DNA from: Candidatus Heimdallarchaeota archaeon
GTDB lineage: Archaea > Asgardarchaeota > Heimdallarchaeia > Hodarchaeales > Hodarchaeaceae
Direction: 5' to 3'
Length of the DNA: 64,000 nt
Assembly: GCA_020353515.1 (NCBI GenBank)
Contig: CP070695.1
Span: 1,797,435-1,861,434, forward strand
Below the pieces are notes generated by a model. The model had not been told where the DNA came from. It did no database searches and saw only the letters and a program-made list of their open reading frames with translations. A program made the translations under genes and the position numbers. Of the stretch, positions 20,857 through 30,183 are shown piece after piece. Position 1 is the first letter of the stretch; the number at the start of each line of letters is the position of its first letter.

Positions 20857-21768
20857 TCAAATAGACACTTCTTTAAAGGAACTCAAGTGTTTATTACACT
20901 CATTGAGCATAATATGATAGAATTCGTCCTTTTTATCCATAGAAAACCTTTCTAGAGTCTCTCTAAGCTCTGAAAGGTGTTTAAGAGGAGAATTAGTACG
21001 TTTACCCCAATCAAGGACAGAACAAAGGTACCTCCCTAATATTTTTCCTAGTTTATCATGAGCTAGTCTCTTCAAACTTTCTGTCGAAATTGTATCTGGA
21101 TGGAAAATTGGCATATCTGTCCCATTAGCTTCAAGGCCAAAATATGCTTCAGTAAATAGACACCAAATCTCTGTTCCAGGAAAAGTATTTTGTAGAGTCT
21201 TTTCAAGTTTAACAAGCCTTTTGGCTCCAACTAGTGAACCAGCAATCGAGATAATAACAAAAATAGTTGGTGCCTGAAGTTGTGCTTGAACTAATCTGAT
21301 AATTTGGGTAATGGTTGCTCCAGTCGCAATAGTATCCCCAATTAAGACGACTTTGGTAGAATGTGAAAGGCCCTCAAAATTAGTGTAAGAAACTTCTGTA
21401 TCCCAAATCCCAGAAGATTTTTGAAAACGACGAATTCCAATAAAGTTTCTCTGCAGTGGTTGCTGAAAAAGTTCATAAAATGCATTATAAACATCATAAG
21501 TTAAAGATCCGCTTAAAGGAACAACGTCCACAATTTCTGAGGGATTACATGATACATTCTGAAAAGTAAAAAAGAATCGAATACAATCTTTAACAGCCTC
21601 ACGTGAGTATAAAACAAGGGGTGTGCTTACTAAAAAGTGATTTGTTAGAATTTCCTTTGCTGGTTTCGATTCAATTAAGATACATCTCTCCGATAATTCA
21701 AAATCCCTTATGTGATACCCTTTAATTGTAGTATCAGTTTGTGAAGGCAATTTAATAGGGATTAACAA
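20857..21768 (-). CDS. Type I phosphoribosyltransferase-fold protein
   Basis: VVLIGDTIATGATI PRPP-binding loop (UPRT-like). Confidence 0.65.
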   Translation of the reverse strand: MLIPIKLPSQTDTTIKGYHIRDFELSERCILIESKPAKEILTNHFLVSTPLVLYSREAVKDCIRFFFTFQNVSCNPSEIVDVVPLSGSLTYDVYNAFYELFQQPLQRNFIGIRRFQKSSGIWDTEVSYTNFEGLSHSTKVVLIGDTIATGATITQIIRLVQAQLQAPTIFVIISIAGSLVGAKRLVKLEKTLQNTFPGTEIWCLFTEAYFGLEANGTDMPIFHPDTISTESLKRLAHDKLGKILGRYLCSVLDWGKRTNSPLKHLSELRETLERFSMDKKDEFYHIMLNECNKHLSSFKEVSI

Positions 21769-21964
21769 TTCTAAAAACCTCTGGTAAATTTTTAAATAGT
21801 TATATTAAAATGTATGGGAAAATAATATATTAGCAATCATTGTTTGGATCAAATAAGAATGAGTGAATATTCAGGTAATCATTCACCTATTTGTGACTAT
21901 GAAGACCTCAAAGAATTTTGCCTTAATGCTTTAGCTTATTAAAATTCTTTTACAAAACTGATCG

Positions 21965-23212
21965 GTGATTACTAGGAACATGAGGAAACCATTGATCTTT
22001 CAATCTGCTCAATTATCCGTTAGTTCATTAGATCGGAACGTAGTTTCAGTATTACTTGTGAACCTGATCTGGACGATCCCCTGGGGTTTAGTTCAGCCAT
22101 TTATTAGCCCTTACTTCTTTGAACTGTCAAAAGGAGATTATATACTTACAGGATTACTTAATGGATTACCATATTGTTCCATGATTTTTTCCGTTTTTTT
22201 CTTTGGGTGGATCGTTGATAAGATTGGGTCGAAAAATGTGATGATGGCAGGTTTTCTTTTTTTTCTTATCCTTTTCTTTACCTTACTCGTTATAACGGAT
22301 CCTTTTTTATTTTTTATTGATTATGTAATAATTACTAGCTTATTAGCGTGTTTTAATCCTGCGATTTTAAAATATGCCAGCTTAACAGATAAAGATGACA
22401 TTTTTGGGTCTTTAATGGCATCGACCTCGTTGGGTTATTTTTTTGGTACGGTTGTCTCTGGTTTTCTATTTGATCCTCTAGGTATGAACACATTATTTTT
22501 TCTAGCACTTGCAGCTTGCATTTTAGGCTTAGTTATGACTATTTTTTCCCATGATTTGCGACCAATCTCTCAACAGGAGCTTAAAGGTAGTCCTCCACTT
22601 TCAGATAATGTAAATTCCCCTGGTATTACCTCCATCCTCCTCGATTCAAAAATACTCATTGTATTATTTGTAATTGCTATTCTTCATAGTTTTCAAAGCA
22701 GTTTTTCAGGTATGTTCATAACTGTTTACTTTATTCATGAACTTAATGCTCCTGCATTGTTAATTGGAGTAGTCTTTGGAATAGCAACGTTAACTGGTAC
22801 AGCGGCATCACACTTCTCTGGAAAAATTGGAGAGAAAAGAGGATTCAAAGAAATATTAGTAATGTGTTACATTGGTTACTTCTTCGTGTGGGGAAGTTTT
22901 ATTATATCGACGAGTAATTATATCCTCCCAGCAATCTTTTATATGTTACCAGTCTATATTGGTCTTTTTATTGCAGGCCCTGCTCTCGTTACAGATCATA
23001 TTCCTGAGTCAAAACGGGGAACTTGTTTGGGGATTTTAGGAGCAAGTCATAACTTCGGTTTCGCAGCAGGAACGATCCTTGGTGGTGTATTTGCAGGATT
23101 TCAAGGGTCCTTCCGATTCAATTTTGGAGTTTCTGCATTTTTTACTCTAATCTTGATTATAATTATCCTTCTCTTTGTTAAAAATGGTAAAAGAGGAGTA
23201 AAGCCGACTTAA
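21965..23212 (+). CDS. MFS transporter
   Basis: About 12 hydrophobic helices; GWIVDKIGSK motif A and GKIGEKRG repeat. Confidence 0.85.
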   Translation: MITRNMRKPLIFQSAQLSVSSLDRNVVSVLLVNLIWTIPWGLVQPFISPYFFELSKGDYILTGLLNGLPYCSMIFSVFFFGWIVDKIGSKNVMMAGFLFFLILFFTLLVITDPFLFFIDYVIITSLLACFNPAILKYASLTDKDDIFGSLMASTSLGYFFGTVVSGFLFDPLGMNTLFFLALAACILGLVMTIFSHDLRPISQQELKGSPPLSDNVNSPGITSILLDSKILIVLFVIAILHSFQSSFSGMFITVYFIHELNAPALLIGVVFGIATLTGTAASHFSGKIGEKRGFKEILVMCYIGYFFVWGSFIISTSNYILPAIFYMLPVYIGLFIAGPALVTDHIPESKRGTCLGILGASHNFGFAAGTILGGVFAGFQGSFRFNFGVSAFFTLILIIIILLFVKNGKRGVKPT

Positions 23213-23220
23213 ATAAGAGA

Positions 23221-23640
23221 CTACAATTGCCATAATTGTCTCCAAGATACATCCTCAGTTAATATTATTGGAATCAATAGGATAATAGCTGTAATTGTAT
23301 CGGTTATAGCGGTTAGAATATACCCCATTTCAATTCCTGTTGTTAAAATAGCCCATATGACTAGTGCTGCATAACCTAAGCGTATCACACTTGACCCTAC
23401 TCCTATGAAAACGAGTCTTTGAACGTCTTGAGTAGCAATCAACAAGAAGTAACCAACAAAAATTAAAAAAATTCCAATTGTTTGTACCCATAATATTGGT
23501 TTTGGTTTTGTTATCTGTAATAGACTTGCTGTGAGATCAGGGAAGACTAAAAGTGTTACACCCAACAATATATCATAAACTCCACCAATTAGGAAGGCTA
23601 TCTTCAAATAACGGTCATCTGAGAATCTTTTCAACCTCAT
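23221..23640 (-). CDS. Small 4-TM membrane protein
   Basis: Four hydrophobic segments; GGAGG RBS upstream. Confidence 0.65.
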   Translation of the reverse strand: MRLKRFSDDRYLKIAFLIGGVYDILLGVTLLVFPDLTASLLQITKPKPILWVQTIGIFLIFVGYFLLIATQDVQRLVFIGVGSSVIRLGYAALVIWAILTTGIEMGYILTAITDTITAIILLIPIILTEDVSWRQLWQL

Positions 23641-23756
23641 TCATATTACCTCCGACAGTTTTCTGGGATAAAATCCAGAAATCATTAATAATATTTTTCA
23701 CCTTCATTTCCGTATTTTTAAATATGAATATTGTATTTCTTTTATCGGCAACTAAA

Positions 23757-25097
23757 ATGTTAGATGAAACAAGGCGTTCAAGTTTGCCACAGGGATTTAA
23801 ATCCCTTTACGAAAGAGAAAGAATTGCTAAGACTATCTGTTCCGAATTAAATAATTTTATAGAACTAAAACCGACGTTACAGACAGTTATATCTTTTTTA
23901 AAAGAATTAACAGGGATTGAGGCAATTAGTATTCGATTACATGACGAGGGAGACTACCCCTACTATATCTATGAAGGTTTCCCACAAGATTTTATTCAAA
24001 GGGAAAATATTCTTTGTGCTAGAGACAGAAATGGAAGAAGAGTTAAAAATCCAGATGGAGAGGGATATCTTCTCGAATGTATGTGTGGAAACATCATTAG
24101 AGGACGATTTGATCCTAGCCAGGAATTTTTCACTGAAAAAGGAAGTTTTTGGTCAAATAACACTTCAGAATTATTACGTTCTTCTACAGTTGAAGATCGA
24201 CAAAGCAATACAAGGAATTATTGTAATTCAGTAGGTTATGAATCAGTCGCCCTGATTCCTATTAAAGCGAAAGGAGAAAACCTAGGACTCATTCAACTTA
24301 ATGATAAGAGAATTGGTATATTCACAGAAGATCTAATTTATTACTTGGAAATGATTGGAGAAAAAATCGGATTAGCTGTGAAAAACAGCCTAATCTTCTC
24401 CAAGCTGCAGGAGGCCTTTAATTCAACGAATTTTTTCTTTTCGATTATTGCACATGATATTATTGGCCCATTCTCAACACTCACTACCTTTTTGGAATTT
24501 TTAGACCAAAATTTTGATGAGCTAAATCAGGGAGATGTAAAAAAACATATTTCTCGAATATACCGTAGTTCAAGAAGTGTTTATGAGCTACTTGATAACC
24601 TATTTACTTGGTCATCCATCCAAAGAGAAAGTTTTGTCTTAGAACCTGAAAAGGTGGATTTAAAGTCGTCAATTGATGAAATTTTTGAGGGATTATATGA
24701 TAGAGCCTCGACAAAAGAGATTACACTTCAGGAATTTGTTCCTGAGAAATTAACAATTCAAGCAAATAAAGAATCATTAAAGACTGTAATACGGAATCTC
24801 CTCTCTAATGCCATTAAATTTACAGAACCAGGTGGGATAGTTACAGTGAGTGGGTTGATGGAGGAAAATAGAGTTAAAATAACCGTTAAAGATACAGGAG
24901 TAGGAATAGATAGTGAGAATCTAGCAAATCTTTTTACATTCAATCCCCAAAAGAAAAGAAAGGGCACTAAGGGAGAACGGGGAGCAGGGCTTGGTCTTTT
25001 GATCTGTCAACAATTACTAAAGAAAATGGAGGGATCATTGAACGTTAAAAGTGATCTAGGAAGAGGATCGGAGTTTATAATTACATTATCTACCTAA
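23757..25097 (+). CDS. Cytoplasmic GAF-domain sensor histidine kinase
   Basis: GAF (GYESVALIPI..LGLIQLND), H-box IIAHDI, N-box RNLLSNAIKFT, DTGVGI, GAGLGL. ATG 23757 preferred because the 23553 start overlaps the neighbouring gene. Confidence 0.9.
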   Translation: MLDETRRSSLPQGFKSLYERERIAKTICSELNNFIELKPTLQTVISFLKELTGIEAISIRLHDEGDYPYYIYEGFPQDFIQRENILCARDRNGRRVKNPDGEGYLLECMCGNIIRGRFDPSQEFFTEKGSFWSNNTSELLRSSTVEDRQSNTRNYCNSVGYESVALIPIKAKGENLGLIQLNDKRIGIFTEDLIYYLEMIGEKIGLAVKNSLIFSKLQEAFNSTNFFFSIIAHDIIGPFSTLTTFLEFLDQNFDELNQGDVKKHISRIYRSSRSVYELLDNLFTWSSIQRESFVLEPEKVDLKSSIDEIFEGLYDRASTKEITLQEFVPEKLTIQANKESLKTVIRNLLSNAIKFTEPGGIVTVSGLMEENRVKITVKDTGVGIDSENLANLFTFNPQKKRKGTKGERGAGLGLLICQQLLKKMEGSLNVKSDLGRGSEFIITLST

Positions 25098-25161
25098 ATA
25101 GTGATATGATATTAACAACAGAGTTAATGCAGAATCTCTGATAGCTGGAAGTCATTCCTTC

Positions 25162-25485
25162 CTATGTATTCTTCTCCAACTTCTCGATTAATTGCTGCAA
25201 CTGATCTTGTATATCATCACTATTGTCGCCAATATCTGAAATTCTTTCCCATTCTTCAGATGTTATACCATACATGTCTAAGCGCTGTGGAAGAACCTTA
25301 TTCCATTTATAGGCTCCCATCTGAAAGCTAGGGGCACCATCCATGATGATCTGGAATTCAAGAGATAATTGAAGGTACAATTTTTGTTCAGTTGGAGTCA
25401 AATCTAATTTTTTTAAGTCTGGAAAGGAACTCAAGTATGTTGGAACATTGAAACTAATTTTTTTGGGTGAATCATCCATTGTCAT
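25162..25485 (-). CDS. Hypothetical protein
   Basis: 107-aa ORF with AGGTG RBS; no motif recognised. Confidence 0.6.
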   Translation of the reverse strand: MTMDDSPKKISFNVPTYLSSFPDLKKLDLTPTEQKLYLQLSLEFQIIMDGAPSFQMGAYKWNKVLPQRLDMYGITSEEWERISDIGDNSDDIQDQLQQLIEKLEKNT

Positions 25486-25652
25486 TCTATGTCACACCTT
25501 AATGTATTTGATCTTAACAGAAATTTAAAAGAAAATCTAAACAAAATATCCGCTGATTAATCCAGTTTTTATTTGCGAATCCTTAAAGTGAGTTCCAAAA
25601 AAGTGATCCAATAATTAAAAATATACAAAGCTGAACTGAAAAGCTGAAGTAC

Positions 25653-27173
25653 ATGAGAGGATATTATCAAGGTCATTCTTTGAATTCAAAATCTAGGGCA
25701 AAGAAGAATCTTTTAATGATTGGAATTATAGTGATATCTCTTTTTATCAAAACAGATATTACCTCTGGATCGTTTACTTTTACTCAAGATAGATCCACGC
25801 TCTTTATTACGGAAAATATTGACGATAATTCTTTAGCGATAGCTTTAAATGAATCTCTGAGATCTCATGGAGACATAATGGACATTAGAGCTTCTGAAAA
25901 CTTAAATGATCTATTTTTGAACGAAAAATTATTAGATACTTACTCTCAAATCATAATGATTCTAAATCAAGTAAGTGATCCTTTTAATGAAACTATAGTA
26001 GACAGCCTTGAGAAATTTATTAATAAAGGAGGGATATTCTGTATTATTTCGCCTCAGATATGGCGATTTCCAACAACATTTCATACTTTATCAGGATTAA
26101 ATATTGATTCAGGTCAAAAAGAATGGCCACCTGGAAATAATACAGAGAATATAACATTAACGATAGTAAATGACACTTTCACACAGTCTCCCTTTCAGAT
26201 TGAAAAAAACTCAACCATTGAAGTCGTGGGTAGTCTTGGTATAACAGCGTCGATTGATGATTCAATTACAATAGCCACTACTCAAGATACTCCAAGTGGT
26301 AAGGCAACGATAACGGGCTTCAGAAGACAATCAGGATTTATTATAGCTATTCCCTTATCTATCAAGTATAATTCATCATATATCCTATTTAATCAATTTC
26401 TAACATCAGTTCTGTCATCGGGAATAGAATTTTCTGAAACCTCACATCTTAATTCAATGTCAAATGGAGAAAATCCAATTATACCATTATTTAACATTTC
26501 AGAAGAAACTGTTCAAGCAGGAGCCGTAGTAGCATCTATAGCATTTCTACTAATTGGATTAGCCTATATGATTAGCAAGTGGAGTGTCCAGAATAAAGAT
26601 ATCGAAATCCCCAAAGATCGTGATTGGTTTTCAATAATATTACTCACACCACTTCTATTGATTGGACAAATAATCTATCCCCCCGTTGTAAGACGAATAG
26701 ATGAATATGATGTTTATGAAAATCATTATCGCAGTAGAATAATAAATATTCTTGAAGAACGAGATTTCTTACATTTTCGTGAGTTAAAGAGAGAGCTAGG
26801 CATTGGAACCTCAAGTCTTCGATGGCACCTACAGGTTTTGGAAGATTTCAGAATAATTAAAAGGAAAATTGTCGGACAGTATGAGATTTTTTATCTGTTA
26901 AGAAATGAACCTAATCCAGATTTTCTAGAAATCTACTTTGCCATAATATCTGGATTAGGATTTAGAATAGCGAAAGCGTTCAAGGAAATGAATTCTTGGG
27001 ATCTCAAAGCCTTAACAGAATACTTAGGATCTTCCAAGGAGTCAATCAGATATCATACTAAAAAATTCCAGAAGATTAATTTAATTAGACTAAGAAACGA
27101 CCGTTTTTTCCTCAATTCAACAAAATATAAGGAATTGATTGAAGCGATTGATAGACGTGATAAAACCAACTGA
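25653..27173 (+). CDS. Membrane-anchored transcription regulator: extracytoplasmic domain + TM + tandem wHTH
   Basis: N-terminal hydrophobic segment, many N-x-S/T sequons, TM AVVASIAFLLIGLAYMI; HTH1 LHFRELKRELGIGTSSLRWHLQVLE; HTH2 LKALTEYLGSSKESIRYH. Confidence 0.8.
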   Translation: MRGYYQGHSLNSKSRAKKNLLMIGIIVISLFIKTDITSGSFTFTQDRSTLFITENIDDNSLAIALNESLRSHGDIMDIRASENLNDLFLNEKLLDTYSQIIMILNQVSDPFNETIVDSLEKFINKGGIFCIISPQIWRFPTTFHTLSGLNIDSGQKEWPPGNNTENITLTIVNDTFTQSPFQIEKNSTIEVVGSLGITASIDDSITIATTQDTPSGKATITGFRRQSGFIIAIPLSIKYNSSYILFNQFLTSVLSSGIEFSETSHLNSMSNGENPIIPLFNISEETVQAGAVVASIAFLLIGLAYMISKWSVQNKDIEIPKDRDWFSIILLTPLLLIGQIIYPPVVRRIDEYDVYENHYRSRIINILEERDFLHFRELKRELGIGTSSLRWHLQVLEDFRIIKRKIVGQYEIFYLLRNEPNPDFLEIYFAIISGLGFRIAKAFKEMNSWDLKALTEYLGSSKESIRYHTKKFQKINLIRLRNDRFFLNSTKYKELIEAIDRRDKTN

Positions 27174-27179
27174 TGGATC

Positions 27180-27274
27180 AGTTGATCAATAAAAAATTAT
27201 TCATGTTTCTTGAGTTATATTGAGGAGGAAGCTTTACTTTAATTGATCAACTCACCAAAAAAGTGTTCCTCAAT
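27180..27274. promoter_or_regulatory. Paired TTGATCAA palindromes upstream of the HFS-domain gene
   Basis: AGTTGATCAAT (27180-27190) and its exact inverse ATTGATCAACT (27242-27252); also ATTGAGGA (27219-27226) / TCCTCAAT (27267-27274). Confidence 0.4.
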
Positions 27275-27335
27275 TTAGTTAAATATAATGAACTTAATAC
27301 AAATTGACCTCTAAATTATTCAATAAATAGAATTT

Positions 27336-28409
27336 GTGGTTAAAATGATACGAAAGAAACTTACTGTTTTTTTAATAACACTTACTCTCCTTGGAGTGTA
27401 CTTTCTAACTTCAGGCACAGGTGACCCTACTTCAATCACAGATGGTCCTCCAGATGATCCTTGGTTATATCCTGGTAATGGGGAAAAAATTAACATAACA
27501 GCTGGCAATAGAACCCAGATAAGGACTACATCTGGAAATCAGATTCAAATCTGTACAAATGAGAGTGTTAAACTTCAGATCAATGAATCAGATACAAATC
27601 CTGCAGGATCATTACCAAACAAAACTCGTGCAGTTAATCGTTACATGCATATTGAACTAAACGGAACTGTAGCAATGAATGCAACATTATGTCGAAACTA
27701 CACCAATAGCGAGTTAAATGGTCTAGGGAATGTGTCAACTTTTAGATGGGCTTATTATAACACCTCTAAATTTCAATGGGAATATGCTCATCAAAATTGG
27801 GTTGAAATAACATCAGAAGGAGCATCTGTACGTTGTAACACATCACATTTCAGTCTTTGGACAATTCTTGCGGCCGTTGAGGAATCTCCAATTCAAAATC
27901 CTAATCCAGGGACACCTTTTGAATGCAAAAATGGAACAGGGTTTGCTGTTCAGGCTGGTAGTAGGTATCAGATCAAAACGCAGAGTGGATTTTCTTTAGA
28001 ATTGAAATTGAATCAAAGTTCAGAAATTACCGTTACAGAATACGAGGAATCTCCTAAAGTAATGACAAAAGCTCAGCATCACATTAGAACACAAGCATTT
28101 AAAATTGAATTGAACAATAGTGCTCAGATTCAAGCGAATTTCTCCTATAAAATCTCTAACAAGAATCAATATGGCATTAAAAACATGGAAAAATTGAAGT
28201 TCATGTTTTATAATGAATCTTCTAAAGACTGGGAAGCACCCAAACATCAATGGTTAGAAGGGGATACCCTTTATTGTAACACGACTCACTTTAGTCTCTG
28301 GACAATCGTAGAGGAAGAGACAACTGATAGTAGTACACCTGGATTCACTATTCTGCCATTAATCCTTTTCGGTGTAGTAATAGCTCGAAACGCGAAGAAG
28401 AGAAAATAA
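27336..28409 (+). CDS. Surface glycoprotein with two tandem ~130-aa domains each ending in C-N-T-x-H-F-S-L-W, plus PGF-CTERM-like anchor
   Basis: Signal peptide; internal duplication (AGNRTQIRTTSG / AGSRYQIKTQSG; IELN twice; CNTSHFSLWTI / CNTTHFSLWTI); STPGF + TM + KKRK. Confidence 0.8.
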   Translation: MVKMIRKKLTVFLITLTLLGVYFLTSGTGDPTSITDGPPDDPWLYPGNGEKINITAGNRTQIRTTSGNQIQICTNESVKLQINESDTNPAGSLPNKTRAVNRYMHIELNGTVAMNATLCRNYTNSELNGLGNVSTFRWAYYNTSKFQWEYAHQNWVEITSEGASVRCNTSHFSLWTILAAVEESPIQNPNPGTPFECKNGTGFAVQAGSRYQIKTQSGFSLELKLNQSSEITVTEYEESPKVMTKAQHHIRTQAFKIELNNSAQIQANFSYKISNKNQYGIKNMEKLKFMFYNESSKDWEAPKHQWLEGDTLYCNTTHFSLWTIVEEETTDSSTPGFTILPLILFGVVIARNAKKRK

Positions 28410-28450
28410 TACTTCTCTTCCTCTCCCTTTTTTTCTTTTAATCTTTTTTT
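28410..28450 (+). terminator. Pyrimidine/oligo-T tract, archaeal-type terminator candidate
   Basis: Long T/C-rich run with several oligo-T stretches immediately after the stop at 28409. Confidence 0.45.
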
Positions 28451-28617
28451 GCAGAATATTTTTTTGATTGTTAAATTCTTATAAATACTGATATTAGAAG
28501 CGAAAATACATTTAAAACAGAGTAAAATTTCGAAATAATGCCCAAAAAACCTGAATTTCATGTCTAAAAGCCTTTTAGAATATAAAGATAACATAAGATG
28601 TATTTGAGGAATAGTCT

Positions 28618-30183
28618 TTGTCAAAAGAGCTTGATTTGAAATTATTTGGCCAGCAAATATGGAGTCCCACTGATAAAAAGGAATATAGGAGTAAATTAGC
28701 GGGATTGGGGATCTTTATTAATGTGATTTGGGTGTTAAGTGTTTTTATACGACCTATTATAGATCCAATTCTATTTTTAACTCTAGGAGGAATTGGTTTC
28801 ATTATTTCCTCTGGAACTAGACTCCAATCAAGAAAATTGAGATCTCAAACTGCAAGTGAGGTTAGTGGGGGAAGTATTATTGGTTATGTGATTTCTTGGT
28901 TTATTGTACATTTAGGATATCCCAATAAAACTTATCAAATAGTTATAAATCCCAAATTTATCTTTACAGTCAATCAAATCTTGATTTTTTTCTTGATCGG
29001 GATCTTTGTAGTTTGGTTCGCAATTCCAGCCTCAAGAACATTAGAAGAGGTAATCTTTAATTTCTCACCACTTATCTCTTACTTTATCCTTAATCTCTGG
29101 AAATTAGCAGTCATTCTCGAAATATTGACTCTTCTAGAAGAATTAAAAGTTTTAGACCCGTACGCAGATATAATTTTTTTAACTATAGGCTTCGTAGAGC
29201 TCGTATTGCAATATATTCGTCTATTTAAATTACCAATTGTTGATATTATTCTTGACCCCATGCAACTGTTAAGCAAAATAATCGATGGACCATTACAAAC
29301 TCTGAAATGGAGTTTCCTAGTAATTTTATTTCTAATCATTGACATTCTCCCATTAGATTTAATCTCTATGGGCCTGATCGCTTTCTCTTTGACAATGGGA
29401 TTAGCATCATTAACAACGTCAATATCGAAGATTGCATTAGATAGCGGAATCATCCAATCAAGAACTGAAAATGTTGTCGAAGAAGGAAAAGTAATAATCC
29501 CACAAGTATTCGATGAGCTCAAACAACTTGAAGCCAGTAATTTACAGGAATTTTATCGTGTATCAGAACAGATTAGTGTTAGAAAGAGAGACAAGGTAAT
29601 TAATTATAATGTCGGAGATTTAGTGCTAAAATTACCTTTTACTAACACTTTAGAAGAAAAAGCGGGAATTTTCCTTGCTACTTTGAAATTTAATCGAGCA
29701 TCTACTACTAAAACAAGAAAAAGGATAAGTCGAAAATCAACAGTTCAAATAAAAACGAAAACTAAGACTGTAACGTTGGGTAACAATAAAAAGAGGAAAA
29801 GTATCAACATCTCTTCATTACATAGAATACCTTATGAGGAATGGGAAGAAATCATAAAAAAGGACCAAATTGAATCGATGGATCCAGCTATAGTGACTTC
29901 TATGATGGGATATGATTCACCAGAAGAATTTGAAAAAGTGGTTGAAAAAGGAATAAGAAAAGCAATTTCTATTCAGGAGAATGTTCGAGATAGGATTCGT
30001 GGTGTTCCTGTAACTGGAAGTATGACAAAATCTAAAGTAATAAAATTAAAAAACCGTCATATCGAAGTTCCCGACGAATTTTTGGAAATGATTAAATCAT
30101 CAGAAGATCAAGAAATTGAACTGATTCCTGGAAAAGAAGAATTTCTATTTTATGCGAGAATAAAGAAGAGGAAAGGCAACTAA
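28618..30183 (+). CDS. Hypothetical polytopic membrane protein (about 8 TM) with large soluble C-terminal region
   Basis: Hydrophobic N-terminal ~270 aa; Lys/Arg/Thr-rich stretch; C-terminus resembles an AbrB/SpoVT hairpin; GAGGA RBS and TTG start. Confidence 0.7.
   Translation: MSKELDLKLFGQQIWSPTDKKEYRSKLAGLGIFINVIWVLSVFIRPIIDPILFLTLGGIGFIISSGTRLQSRKLRSQTASEVSGGSIIGYVISWFIVHLGYPNKTYQIVINPKFIFTVNQILIFFLIGIFVVWFAIPASRTLEEVIFNFSPLISYFILNLWKLAVILEILTLLEELKVLDPYADIIFLTIGFVELVLQYIRLFKLPIVDIILDPMQLLSKIIDGPLQTLKWSFLVILFLIIDILPLDLISMGLIAFSLTMGLASLTTSISKIALDSGIIQSRTENVVEEGKVIIPQVFDELKQLEASNLQEFYRVSEQISVRKRDKVINYNVGDLVLKLPFTNTLEEKAGIFLATLKFNRASTTKTRKRISRKSTVQIKTKTKTVTLGNNKKRKSINISSLHRIPYEEWEEIIKKDQIESMDPAIVTSMMGYDSPEEFEKVVEKGIRKAISIQENVRDRIRGVPVTGSMTKSKVIKLKNRHIEVPDEFLEMIKSSEDQEIELIPGKEEFLFYARIKKRKGN

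Noticed and set aside
23553-23756. N-terminal extension of the histidine kinase containing a hydrophobic stretch
   Set aside because: It overlaps the opposite-strand gene and its AT-rich promoter; ATG 23757 gives a coherent GAF kinase.
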